Assembly: GCA_963769025.1 (NCBI GenBank) | Contig: CAVYKI010000003.1 | Span: 96,001 to 160,000 of the forward strand | DNA: 64,000 bases | DNA from: an uncultured Verrucomicrobiae bacterium | Lineage (GTDB): Bacteria; Verrucomicrobiota; Verrucomicrobiia; Chthoniobacterales; Chthoniobacteraceae | Direction: 5' to 3' | Shown here: in pieces, positions 23,290 through 39,838 of the stretch | Layout: each line of letters starts with the position of its first letter | Position numbering within the stretch: the stretch's first letter is position 1 | Translations under genes and position numbers: made by a program | Notes under the pieces: generated by a model | The model's database searches: none | The model's input: only the letters and a program-made list of their open reading frames with translations | What the model was told of the DNA's origin: nothing

Positions 23290-25071
23290 TCAGACCGTCG
23301 CGACGACGCGAGGTCCCGACTTCTCCAGCGACGCTTCGGTGCCGGTGACGTTCGAGGAGATTCTTTGCCTCGAATTCCTTGCACCAGCCCTTGATCTCCG
23401 TGTCGTTGAAAATCTTCCCGATGACGCGGCGGAGCAGTCCCTTGAGGCTCGCGTTTTCGAGATCGCGCAGGCTGCGGATGGCTTCCTCCTTGTAGCGTTC
23501 GAGCAGGTCGCTGCAGCGCTCGTCGGCCTTCGAGCTCGCGGTAAAGCGGCTCGACTTCGCGCGACGGTCGCGCCCTCGGCAGGCGACGTCCCAAGTGCGC
23601 AGGGCAATTTCGCTTTTCGCACTTCGCCCGCTCGTGCGCCGTGGCGAGCAGGAGGCTCGGGCGCAGCCCGGCGATGTCGTTGGTGTCGCCGGTCGTCGCC
23701 GAGATCGTCGAGGTCATCGCGGATCTGGTAGGCGATGCCGAGCGCCTCGCTGTATTGGTGCAGCGCGTCCTCGACGTCATCAAGACGACCCGCGAGCGCG
23801 GCACCGACCTTGAGTGCGACCTCGAATGCAGGCGCGGTCTTGCTGCGGAAAATCTCGAGCACCTGCGTGTTGCTGAGCGCGACGGGGTTGTTGTTCCAAA
23901 GCAGCTCGGCTCCCTGACCACGGCAAAGCTCGCGCTGCCCCTCGGCGGCGACTTTGAGCGCGGCGGCGCGGATGGTGGATGACAAATCATTGTCGGCAAG
24001 CAGGCGATAGCCTTCGCCGATGAGCAAATCGCCGACGTTCAGCGCGACGGGCACACCGTGCTCCTCGTGCAGCGTGGGCTCGTCGTAGCGCTCGGTGTCG
24101 TTGTCCTCGATGTCGTCGTGAATGAGTGATGCCTTGTGGAAGCACTCGACGGCGATGGCGGCTTTTTTCAGCGAGTCGGACAGCTCGCCTTCCGGATTGT
24201 CGCGCAACGCCTGATAGGCCGCGACGGTGAGAAAGGGCCTCCAGCGCTTGCCCGCGCGCGCCAGCCACTCGCGGCCGATCTCCTCGGTCTGGCCCTGCGG
24301 CTTTCCGAGCACCTGCTCCAGCGCCTCGGCGGTGAACCAGGTCTTCACTTCCTCGTGGAGCGAATTCAAGATTCAAGCGGCGCGTTTTGTCGTCGCTCGT
24401 GAGGTGGATGTAATCCCACACCCAGTCGATATCGACGGTGGTATCGATGCAATCGTCCTGGAGCAAAGGCACCGCGACGGCGGGAATGGCCGCTGCCTCG
24501 ACATACGGGAACGTGCGCTCGAGCACCGGCAGGCACGAGATGCCCACGATCGCCTCGATCTTCCCGGTCTGGATGAGCGACATCACGATCGCGCTGCCTT
24601 CCGCGACGAGCACCGCGTAGCCGAGCTTCTCGGCTTCGTTTTGGAAATCCTGGATCGTGCAAAGACCGCACTGCTTGCAAAGCAGGCCAAACTCATCGAA
24701 CGGCGCCGGGCACTTGCTCTCCACGCGCAGGCACTTCGGCATCAGCAGCAGACGGCGTTCGAAACGGCACGGTGGCCAGAGATTCGCGCCAGAGTTCATT
24801 GCTCAAGAGCACGCCGGTGTAGTCGCGGTAGATGGTCGCGATGCCGAGGTGCTGCACCACGCGGTCCGCATGTTCGGCGAGTTCCGCGAACGGCAGCGGC
24901 GGCGTAGGGCGAATATTCGGCGACGTAATTTCGCACCGCGTGGAGAATCTGCGTCCGTTCCTCCGGCGTCTGCGGGATGTTCTTCTTCGGCTGACGAAAG
25001 CGCACGGGCGCGATGGGCTTCGGAAGGCTGAGGGAAATGGGGGACACCTCTTTGCGGGGCAATTCGGACAT
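23290..25071 (-). CDS. DUF116 - polyprenyl synthetase fusion protein (frameshifted)
   Basis: Cys-rich PKCLR..CPA..CKQCGLC..ISCL..DDC region followed by GKRWRP, LIHDDIEDND, GQGAEL, KTAPAF, YQIRDDLDD. Confidence 0.85.
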
Positions 25072-25273
25072 GATGGGAGGGTAGTGGATTGCGTGAACCA
25101 TCCGCAAGGGCGGAGGTTTCTTTGTTTGCTTCGCGTTATTCCGAGCGCGGTTGAGAAGGGGAATGCGGCGCTGCTCACACCCATGGGGCGCCCGGGATGC
25201 CGCTGGCGTTCACCTTTCCGCAGACCGTGAATCGCCCGTGAACTTCACGGTGCGCGGCGACCCGATCTCGTTT

Positions 25274-26686
25274 CTAGCACGCCGACTTCGGCGGAGCGAT
25301 CATCTGCCAGGCGGTGCGGGCGATGATGGAGATGTCCAGCGCGAGGCGCCAGTTTTCGAGGTAGGAAATGTCGCTCTCCAGCCGGCGCGCGATCTCGGCG
25401 GGCGTGCTGACTTCGCCGCGGAAGCCTCGCACCTGCGCCAGACCGGTGATGCCCGGCTTCACGAAGGTCCGGATGTGGTAGTTGCTCATCTGCTCGGCGA
25501 ACTGCGCGTTGTGCTCGATGAGGTGCGGGCGGGGCCCGGTCACGCTCATCTCGCCCTTGAGGACGTTGAGGAACTGCGGCAGCTCGTCGACGCTCATCCT
25601 GCGCATCCACCGCCCAAAGGTGTACACCCGTGCGTCTCCCTGCACGGCTTGGCGCGCCTCGTCCGGGTTGCCCGTGTGCATCGTGCGGAATTTGATGATC
25701 CGGAACTCCCGGTTCTGGATGCCCGCGCGCCTTTGCAAAAAGAACACCGGTCCCGGCGACTGGAAGCGCTGCACGAGCCAGACCGCCACCGTCAGCACGG
25801 GCAACACCAGCACCACCACCGGCAGCGCCACGGCCAGATCCAGCATGCGCTTGGCCATCCGGTTGATTGGATTTTCCAGCGGCTCCTCACGCAGCGTGAT
25901 GAAGCGCATCCCCTCGTCCTCAATGTGCACCACCGGATGCTCGAGCATTTCCTCAAGATTGCTGAGGATGAGCAGCCGCACGCCGAGCTTCTCCAGGGTC
26001 CCCACCACGTGCCGGTGCTGCGGGAGTTCCTGGGGAAGTTCCAGCAGGATAACCTGCGTGACGCCCTCGCGCCGCACCACCTCCTCCAGATCCCCCACCC
26101 CGCCCAGACGCGGGAATGCCGCGCCATTCCCGGCACGCACATCCGTGCTCAAAATCCCCACCGCACGCAGCCCGAATGCCTCCTTGTGCCGCAGCCAGCC
26201 TTGGATCCGCTTCGCCTGCGCACCGCTGCCCACCAGCAGCGTCCGCTCCACCCACCGCCCGCCAAAGATCCGCCGCGCCAGCACCCCAGGCAGCCAGTAG
26301 TTCACACCCAGCAGCCCGAGGTAAAGCGACGACCCAAACGCCAGCAGGAACCAACGCGAGATGATGTGGTCCTTAGTCGCCGCGAGATACACCAGCAGCA
26401 TCCCGATGCCGTACACCACCTGCCGCACCGTCACCCGGTGCTGATCCACGAAAGTATGCTGCCACAGGTTCTGCCGCACCCGCGCACGATCCCGGCTCAT
26501 CGACTCGAACACCAGCCCCACCATCACCACCAGCGCATACATCGGGTAATGCGCCACCAGCGAGCCATCCACGCTCGTCACCGAGGTGAACACCACCACC
26601 CCGCACAGCAGCAGTAGCATGGGCACCAGCAAAAGCTCGCAGAGCAGCAGCGCCCCCTGCAGGCCGCGTGTGCGTTGGCCGATCAT
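25274..26686 (-). CDS. Exopolysaccharide priming polyprenyl glycosylphosphotransferase (WcaJ/WbaP-like)
   Basis: Four N-terminal TM helices, Rossmann-like linker, KRMLDL, KFRTM, DELPQFLNVLKGEMSVTGPRPH, VKPGITGLAQV. Confidence 0.93.
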   Translation of the reverse strand: MIGQRTRGLQGALLLCELLLVPMLLLLCGVVVFTSVTSVDGSLVAHYPMYALVVMVGLVFESMSRDRARVRQNLWQHTFVDQHRVTVRQVVYGIGMLLVYLAATKDHIISRWFLLAFGSSLYLGLLGVNYWLPGVLARRIFGGRWVERTLLVGSGAQAKRIQGWLRHKEAFGLRAVGILSTDVRAGNGAAFPRLGGVGDLEEVVRREGVTQVILLELPQELPQHRHVVGTLEKLGVRLLILSNLEEMLEHPVVHIEDEGMRFITLREEPLENPINRMAKRMLDLAVALPVVVLVLPVLTVAVWLVQRFQSPGPVFFLQRRAGIQNREFRIIKFRTMHTGNPDEARQAVQGDARVYTFGRWMRRMSVDELPQFLNVLKGEMSVTGPRPHLIEHNAQFAEQMSNYHIRTFVKPGITGLAQVRGFRGEVSTPAEIARRLESDISYLENWRLALDISIIARTAWQMIAPPKSAC

Positions 26687-26951
26687 TTGCGCGTGGTCAT
26701 AGGTTCAGCGGAACACGGATGCAGCATCCGTTCCAGCGCGGCAAATTCCTTGCCACCGTTCGCTCCCAGCAAACCATGCCCGTCCATTTTCCTCCTCCCC
26801 AAGCCGCCGGCTTGGCTCCACCGACTCTGCCGAACCGAGCCGCCTGCCGGCGAACCTGCGTGGGCGTTGCGTCGGATGGGCGGCATCATTGGCGTTGGTT
26901 GCACGATCTTCCGCCGGCAATCCGTGCCGCGGAGCATGCCCCTCGCTCGGA

Positions 26952-27905
26952 CTACTGGCTGACCGTCGGGTTAATCACCTTGCTCTGGCCGGAGAGCGAA
27001 ACGCCCTTGGCGATCACCTGGCCGTAGACCACCGAACCGCCGGTCTCCTTCACGTTGCGCGTCGGTGCCATGATGATTCCATTCACCACCGCGCCGCCGC
27101 TCAGAGTCACATCATACTGCGTCGAGTTGCTCTTCACGTTGAAGAGCACGTTCTCCGCGCTTAGCCCGCCGCCAAGGGTGATGCTCGCCTGCGAACTCAG
27201 CGACATGTAGCGGTTCACGTTCACCACGTAGTTGACCGCTCCCGCGGTTCCATTGCCGTTGAGCATCAGGTTGGCACCCACGCCGGAAAGAATCAGGTCC
27301 GTCAGGTTCAGCACATACGTGCCCGCCGCCTGCGCGGTGATCGATCCGCCGGTGTTGTTCAGCGTGAGCGCCGAGGTGTAGTTGCTTCCGTAAATGGAAC
27401 CGGACACCCCTCCACCAAGCGTCAGCCCGCTCGTGCTCGGCGCCAGATTTGCCGCCACGTAGGCCGCGCTGCCGGAGGTATTCGAGTTCCCCACGTCCAG
27501 CACGCCTTGGCTGATGTAACCGCCCGGATTGCTCAGAGTTGAGTTGTAGCCGCCCGTGATTGTTCCACCGGAGTTGTTCGGCGTCCCATTCATGTAAACG
27601 GTGCCCTTGATGGTCGCGAGCGAGAGCGTAAGACCGCCACTCCCGCCGATACCCACATTGCCCAGCACATCGTAGCCACCACCGGTCGTCGGATCCGTGA
27701 TAGTAACGCCGCCGGAGAGCGCGAAAATCGCCCAGTTCTTGTGCCCTCCGGTATATCCTCCACTCGCGTTGCCGAGGTTGATGCCCTCGACCGTGTCGTC
27801 AAAAAAGTTCGCCGCCTGAGTTGCTCCGACGCCCGTCAGGGTCACTGCGGAAAGCACCAAGGTCCGGAAGCTCCGGGCCACGTTCAATAAAGTGTTCAGA
27901 TTCAT
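26952..27905 (-). CDS. Secreted Gly/Ser/Thr/Asn-rich protein, choice-of-anchor-A / DUF3494-like beta-solenoid
   Basis: Signal peptide ending ATQA; INLGNA..WAIFALSG, GNVGIG, YVVNV, ENVLFNV, GIIMAP, YGQVIA. Confidence 0.65.
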   Translation of the reverse strand: MNLNTLLNVARSFRTLVLSAVTLTGVGATQAANFFDDTVEGINLGNASGGYTGGHKNWAIFALSGGVTITDPTTGGGYDVLGNVGIGGSGGLTLSLATIKGTVYMNGTPNNSGGTITGGYNSTLSNPGGYISQGVLDVGNSNTSGSAAYVAANLAPSTSGLTLGGGVSGSIYGSNYTSALTLNNTGGSITAQAAGTYVLNLTDLILSGVGANLMLNGNGTAGAVNYVVNVNRYMSLSSQASITLGGGLSAENVLFNVKSNSTQYDVTLSGGAVVNGIIMAPTRNVKETGGSVVYGQVIAKGVSLSGQSKVINPTVSQ

Positions 27906-28255
27906 GATTGGGAAGGGATTGAGGGGAATGCTGGCGTCAGAGTTTCCGTTCTTAGCGCAGGGCTCTCATCGTGGCAATAATAAATTTGGGGCAAAATCAG
28001 GTTGGCCTTTCTCCGAAGCCGCATGAACCGCCGTTTGACGTTGGAAGAAGCACCCAAACAGCAGAAATGTTTAAAAGTTTCTTGCGTTCGGTCTTTCGAT
28101 CGCTTAGAAGCAAAGGTTCGATTTCGCGGGGTTCTGCAAAGTGCCCCGCTTTCATCGTCTAGACGTAAAACCACGATTCCACAGCGCTGAAGACCACATT
28201 TTTTCCCCGGGTTCACACCACGCCGCTCTCTCCAGCCGCACGGACCCTCTGCGAA

Positions 28256-28426
28256 AATGCCTTCGGAAGGACTGGCGTCGCCAACCGCGAACTCTCATTG
28301 CACCTGTCACCCGTTTCCAGCCTGGCTTCCGTTAGTCCTTCGGAAAATATGAGAGGGGCATTCCAAACGCGGAGCCAGCGGGTGCAGCCACGCCCAGTCG
28401 GGCCAACGAGCCGTTCAGTCGAACGG
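28256..28426 (+). ncRNA. Candidate structured RNA (rpoB leader or sRNA)
   Basis: Several 7-12 bp complementary segments forming two mutually exclusive nested folds, plus hairpin CCGTTC-agtc-GAACGG (see findings). Confidence 0.4.
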
Positions 28427-28519
28427 ACCTTCACTTTCTAACAACGCCCGGGCCGCCGATCCCCGCCCCGCGGGAATCAGCGTCCCCAGATGATTCATCC
28501 ACACACCGCACCAAACACC

Positions 28520-36509
<7,990 letters not shown>

Positions 36510-36528
36510 TCGCGCCAACGCCAACATT

Positions 36529-36569
36529 CAGCAAAAGGGCTGCCGCAACCCGGCAGCCCTTTTTGCTGC
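36529..36569. terminator. Bidirectional intrinsic terminator between rpoC and the convergent ATPase gene
   Basis: cagcAAAAGGGCTGCCG-caacc-CGGCAGCCCTTTTtgctg. Confidence 0.9.
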
Positions 36570-36593
36570 CCGCACCCCGCCCTTCCCTGAGGT

Positions 36594-37904
36594 TCAGGGA
36601 TCGGGATGAGGCTTCGCGGGCGCCGGATCGCGGGCGAAGAAGCCCATGCCGCCGACCGCCTGGAATTCCGCGATGCTGGTGATGCCGTCGGCGGCCTTTT
36701 GGAGATCGTCTTCGAGGAGTGAAAGCGCACCGAGCCTGCGCAGGTGGCGGCGCAGCGTGTGTTCGTCCGAATGCGCGAGAATGAGGTCGGCGTCCGCCTC
36801 GCGCAGACGGTGAATTTCGAAGATGCCAGTGCGTCCGCGATAGCCGCTCTCGCCGCACGCGGGGCAACCCACCGCGTGCCACGTCTGCTCCGGGACCTCG
36901 CTCCCGCAGAGCCGCAGCCATCGTGCTTCGTCGGGCGTGGGCGGCTCGAGCCGCCGACACGCGGCGCAAAGCCGCCGCACGAGACGCTGGGCCACGAGGA
37001 GATCGACGCTCGCGGCGATCTCGTGATCGGCGAGGCCGAAGTGCCGCAGCACCGAGATCGTGCCGGCGGCGTCGCGGGCGTGCAGGGTGCTGAGAAACAC
37101 GTGGCCGCTGTCCGAGGCATCCAGCGCGGCGCGGGCGGAGGGTGCGTCGCGCATTTCGCCGAGCACGATGACGTCCGGGTCGAGCCGGAGCAGGCCTTTC
37201 ACGCCCTCGGCATACGAGAGACCCTGCCGATCGTTGACTTGAAGCTGCGTCACGCCATCGAGCACGTACTCCACGGGGTCTTCAATGCTCACGATCGAGC
37301 GGCCGACGCGCGCGAGTTCGCGCACGAGAGCGTAAAGCGTGGTCGTCTTTCCCGAACCGGTCGGGCCGCTGACGAGGATCATCCCGCGCACGTCGTGCAG
37401 CGCGCGGGTGAGTGTCCCAAAGTCAACCGTGCTGAGGCCGAGCTGATCCAGCGGCGGCCGGGTGAGGGCGTGCGGGAGCAGGCGCAGCGCGAGTTTTTCA
37501 CCGCGGACGCCGGGGCCGGTGGCGACCCGGACGGACACCTTGCCGCCCGCAACCGTCAGCGCCGCGCGACCATCCTGCGGGCGCAGCTCGAATGCCGGAT
37601 CGAGGTCGGCGTGGGCCTTGAAGTAACGCACCAGATGCAGCCCGGCATCCGGCGGGAGCTGCAGGGTGTCCACGAGCGCGCCATCGACGCGGAAGCGCAC
37701 TTCGTAACCGTCAACGAGGGGATCAAGGTGGATGTCGGAAGCATTTTCGCGCACGGCATCTTCGAGCAGCGCCGCGGCGAGCGCGCCCATGCGCTCGCCG
37801 AGATCCTCCGCGGGCGGCTGCGCGAGCGCTTCGGCGAACCGCCGGGCGCGCGCCGGCTGGCGAGGTCGGCGCGCACCATCGGCATTGGAGGGGGGCGTGA
37901 TCAT
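36594..37904 (-). CDS. GspE/PulE/PilB-family secretion ATPase lacking the N1/MshEN domain
   Basis: ASDIHLDP, RFRVDG, PQDGR, GPTGSGKTTTLY, IEDPVEY, LRLDPDVIVLGEMRD, GHVFLSTLH, CAAC..CPAC, GYRGRTGIFE. Confidence 0.92.
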   Translation of the reverse strand: MITPPSNADGARRPRQPARARRFAEALAQPPAEDLGERMGALAAALLEDAVRENASDIHLDPLVDGYEVRFRVDGALVDTLQLPPDAGLHLVRYFKAHADLDPAFELRPQDGRAALTVAGGKVSVRVATGPGVRGEKLALRLLPHALTRPPLDQLGLSTVDFGTLTRALHDVRGMILVSGPTGSGKTTTLYALVRELARVGRSIVSIEDPVEYVLDGVTQLQVNDRQGLSYAEGVKGLLRLDPDVIVLGEMRDAPSARAALDASDSGHVFLSTLHARDAAGTISVLRHFGLADHEIAASVDLLVAQRLVRRLCAACRRLEPPTPDEARWLRLCGSEVPEQTWHAVGCPACGESGYRGRTGIFEIHRLREADADLILAHSDEHTLRRHLRRLGALSLLEDDLQKAADGITSIAEFQAVGGMGFFARDPAPAKPHPDP

Positions 37905-37913
37905 GGGAGCCGT

Positions 37914-38870
37914 TCACGTTGCTTTTGGCAGCGTCACGACCAACATGCCCTCCTTTTTTTCGACCTTCATCTTCTCGCTCTGCACCGGGCCGGGCAGCGT
38001 GAGCATCTGCGAATACGCCGCCTTGCGCGTGCTGTGCAAGGTCCCGGCCTTGTCTTCCTTCTTCGTGGTCTCCTGCTCCTTCGCCTCGATCCTCAGCGTC
38101 CGATCCTCGACGGTGACGTTGATTTCCTTCATGTCCCGGTCCGGCAGCCAGGCGCGCACCACGTAATGATCGCCTTCGTCCTTGAGGTCAAACGACGAGC
38201 CGAACCGTGGCTCGTCGAAGAAGCCCTTGTGCTCGGGCAATCCGCGGAACTCACGAAACGCGTCATCGAACGCGCGATCCATGTCGCGGCGCATCGCGTC
38301 CATGCGCGCGAAGACATCCGCCTCCCACGCCGAGAGCGGCGGAAACAGCGAGGGATCCGGGAGCGTGAGCGAAGGCGCCTTTCCGGCAATGCCAGACGCC
38401 TTTGGCACGGTAACGACGATCATGCTGTCCGCCTCCCGGCGCTCGACCTTCGGCTCCGCTTTCGAGGCGACATGAGCGAGCGCGAGCGTTTGCTCGTAAC
38501 GGGCAGCCTTTTCCTCCGCCGGCGCGACGATGCGCAATGTGTCGCCTTCCAGTTTGATCTCCACCTTCGCCAAGTCGCGGCCGGGCAAATTCAGCCGCAC
38601 CGTGTAGCGATCCCGATCTTCACGCAGATCGACAGATGCCGACGCGACGGACTTCTCCTTGCTCGCGCTCCGCATGCGCTTCCACGTGTCGCGGAATTTC
38701 TCCGACATCTTGTCCTGCCACTTTTCCATCTTCTCCAGGAACCCTTTCTGGTCCGCCTTCGCTTCCTCCGCAGCGGCCATCGGCAGCGGCCAGAACGTCA
38801 TGAGACACGTGCCCAACGCCAGCCCTGCAGTCAGCAGTCCGGCGCATTGTTTGATAGCTGGATTTTTCAT
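37914..38870 (-). CDS. Hsp20 protein with two alpha-crystallin domains and an N-terminal signal peptide
   Basis: Signal-like MKNPAIK...LPMAAA; ACD1 VDLREDRDRYTVRLNLPG..MIVVTVPK; ACD2 FDLKDEGDHYVVRAWLPD..GMLVVTLPK; SD AAAGGAG upstream. Confidence 0.85.
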   Translation of the reverse strand: MKNPAIKQCAGLLTAGLALGTCLMTFWPLPMAAAEEAKADQKGFLEKMEKWQDKMSEKFRDTWKRMRSASKEKSVASASVDLREDRDRYTVRLNLPGRDLAKVEIKLEGDTLRIVAPAEEKAARYEQTLALAHVASKAEPKVERREADSMIVVTVPKASGIAGKAPSLTLPDPSLFPPLSAWEADVFARMDAMRRDMDRAFDDAFREFRGLPEHKGFFDEPRFGSSFDLKDEGDHYVVRAWLPDRDMKEINVTVEDRTLRIEAKEQETTKKEDKAGTLHSTRKAAYSQMLTLPGPVQSEKMKVEKKEGMLVVTLPKAT

Positions 38871-38998
38871 TGCTGGTTTCTCCTTTCGGTTCGTTTGGGG
38901 TTTTTGAAATGGACGGGACCGGCGGTGTTTCCGCCGGCCCCAGTGCGTTTGCCGGGCAGAGGCCGCCTCGGCGGCACCGCCCGCGACGCGGGCCGGCG

Positions 38999-39451
38999 TT
39001 ACGCCGCCTTCACCTCGATCTGCTTCGGCCGGGAAGCTTCGCTCTTGGCCACGCGGACCCTGAGCATGCCGTCCTTGAACTCCGCGTTCACCTTCGCCGC
39101 ATCGCCATCATTCGGCAGCGTGAAGGAGCGCGCGAAAGTGCCATAGCTGCGCTCGACGCGATGATACTTCTTGTTCTTCTCCTCCTTCTCGAACTTCCGT
39201 TCGCCCGTGATGGTCAGCATCCCGTTCTCCAGGGTGACCTTCACGTCCTCCTTCTTCACCTCCGGCAATTCCGCGGTGATGAGGTATTCCTTGTCGTCCT
39301 CGGCGACATCCACCAGTGGTGACCATTCCGCCATGGACATCGCTTCCTGGCCATTGCCGTTGCCGCGCGCGGCCGGCTTGAATGCACTCAAAATGCGGTT
39401 CTGGAAGTCCTCCAGTTCCCGCAACGGGTTCCAACGAGTCAGTGTGTTCAT
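38999..39451 (-). CDS. Hsp20 / alpha-crystallin small heat-shock protein, 150 aa
   Basis: MNTLTRWNPLREL, PLVDVAEDDKEYLITAELPEV, ERSYGTFARSFTLP, FKDGMLRV, C-terminal IEV motif. Confidence 0.95.
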   Translation of the reverse strand: MNTLTRWNPLRELEDFQNRILSAFKPAARGNGNGQEAMSMAEWSPLVDVAEDDKEYLITAELPEVKKEDVKVTLENGMLTITGERKFEKEEKNKKYHRVERSYGTFARSFTLPNDGDAAKVNAEFKDGMLRVRVAKSEASRPKQIEVKAA

Positions 39452-39589
39452 AGGTTTGATTTTGGTGTCGGCGAATGAGTGGTGATTGCCCAATCGGCCC
39501 GGCCATCCGCCGTTCGCGACCAGTCCGAATGGAAGGCGCGTTTCTGGACCCGCTCACGAGAGCCAGGCCCGGCGCCCGGTTCCTTAAAA

Positions 39590-39606
39590 ATCAAAATGCG
39601 TACCAG
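39590..39606 (-). promoter_or_regulatory. Putative sigma54 (-24/-12) promoter of the hsp20 operon
   Basis: Minus strand CTGGTACG-CATT-TTGAT versus consensus TGGCACG-N4-TTGCW (two mismatches, one at the -12 C). Confidence 0.55.
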
Positions 39607-39656
39607 CAATTTCAGGCACGCTTTCCCTGAGATACACGCGTTCGCACGGTTCCAAA

Positions 39657-39709
39657 TGTGCAAGGATGGCACACCGATTTCCGCCCGGTGTTTAAAATTG
39701 GCACACCGA
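39657..39709. promoter_or_regulatory. Tandem TGT-N11-ACA palindromes, candidate enhancer-binding-protein sites
   Basis: TGTgcaaggatggcACA (39657-39673) and TGTttaaaattggcACA (39689-39705), 32 bp apart; both right halves lie in a shared TGGCACACCGA 11-mer. Confidence 0.6.
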
Positions 39710-39838
39710 GCACGCGCAAAACGTATTCCCCATCCCACTCCGCACCCCGCACAATTCCAAGCTCGGCACGGCAATCTTGGCGTGGGTTCCGGCATGAAAA
39801 TGATTCGTCTCCCCGCGCCGCGCACGTAGCTTCCCCGC

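Noticed and set aside
28100..28150. tRNA-like GGTTCGA (also at about 50369)
   Set aside because: No cloverleaf, acceptor stem or D-arm can be built around either site.
38915..38940. Terminator splitting the hsp20 operon
   Set aside because: The hairpin CCGGCGG-tgttt-CCGCCGG lacks an adjacent U-tract on the coding strand; more likely a stabiliser or partial attenuator.
36744..39146. 800-aa plus-strand ORF (likewise 40342-42891, 45643-48126, 50532-52883, 62606-63988)
   Set aside because: Antisense shadows of well-supported genes in high-GC DNA; no recognisable motifs.
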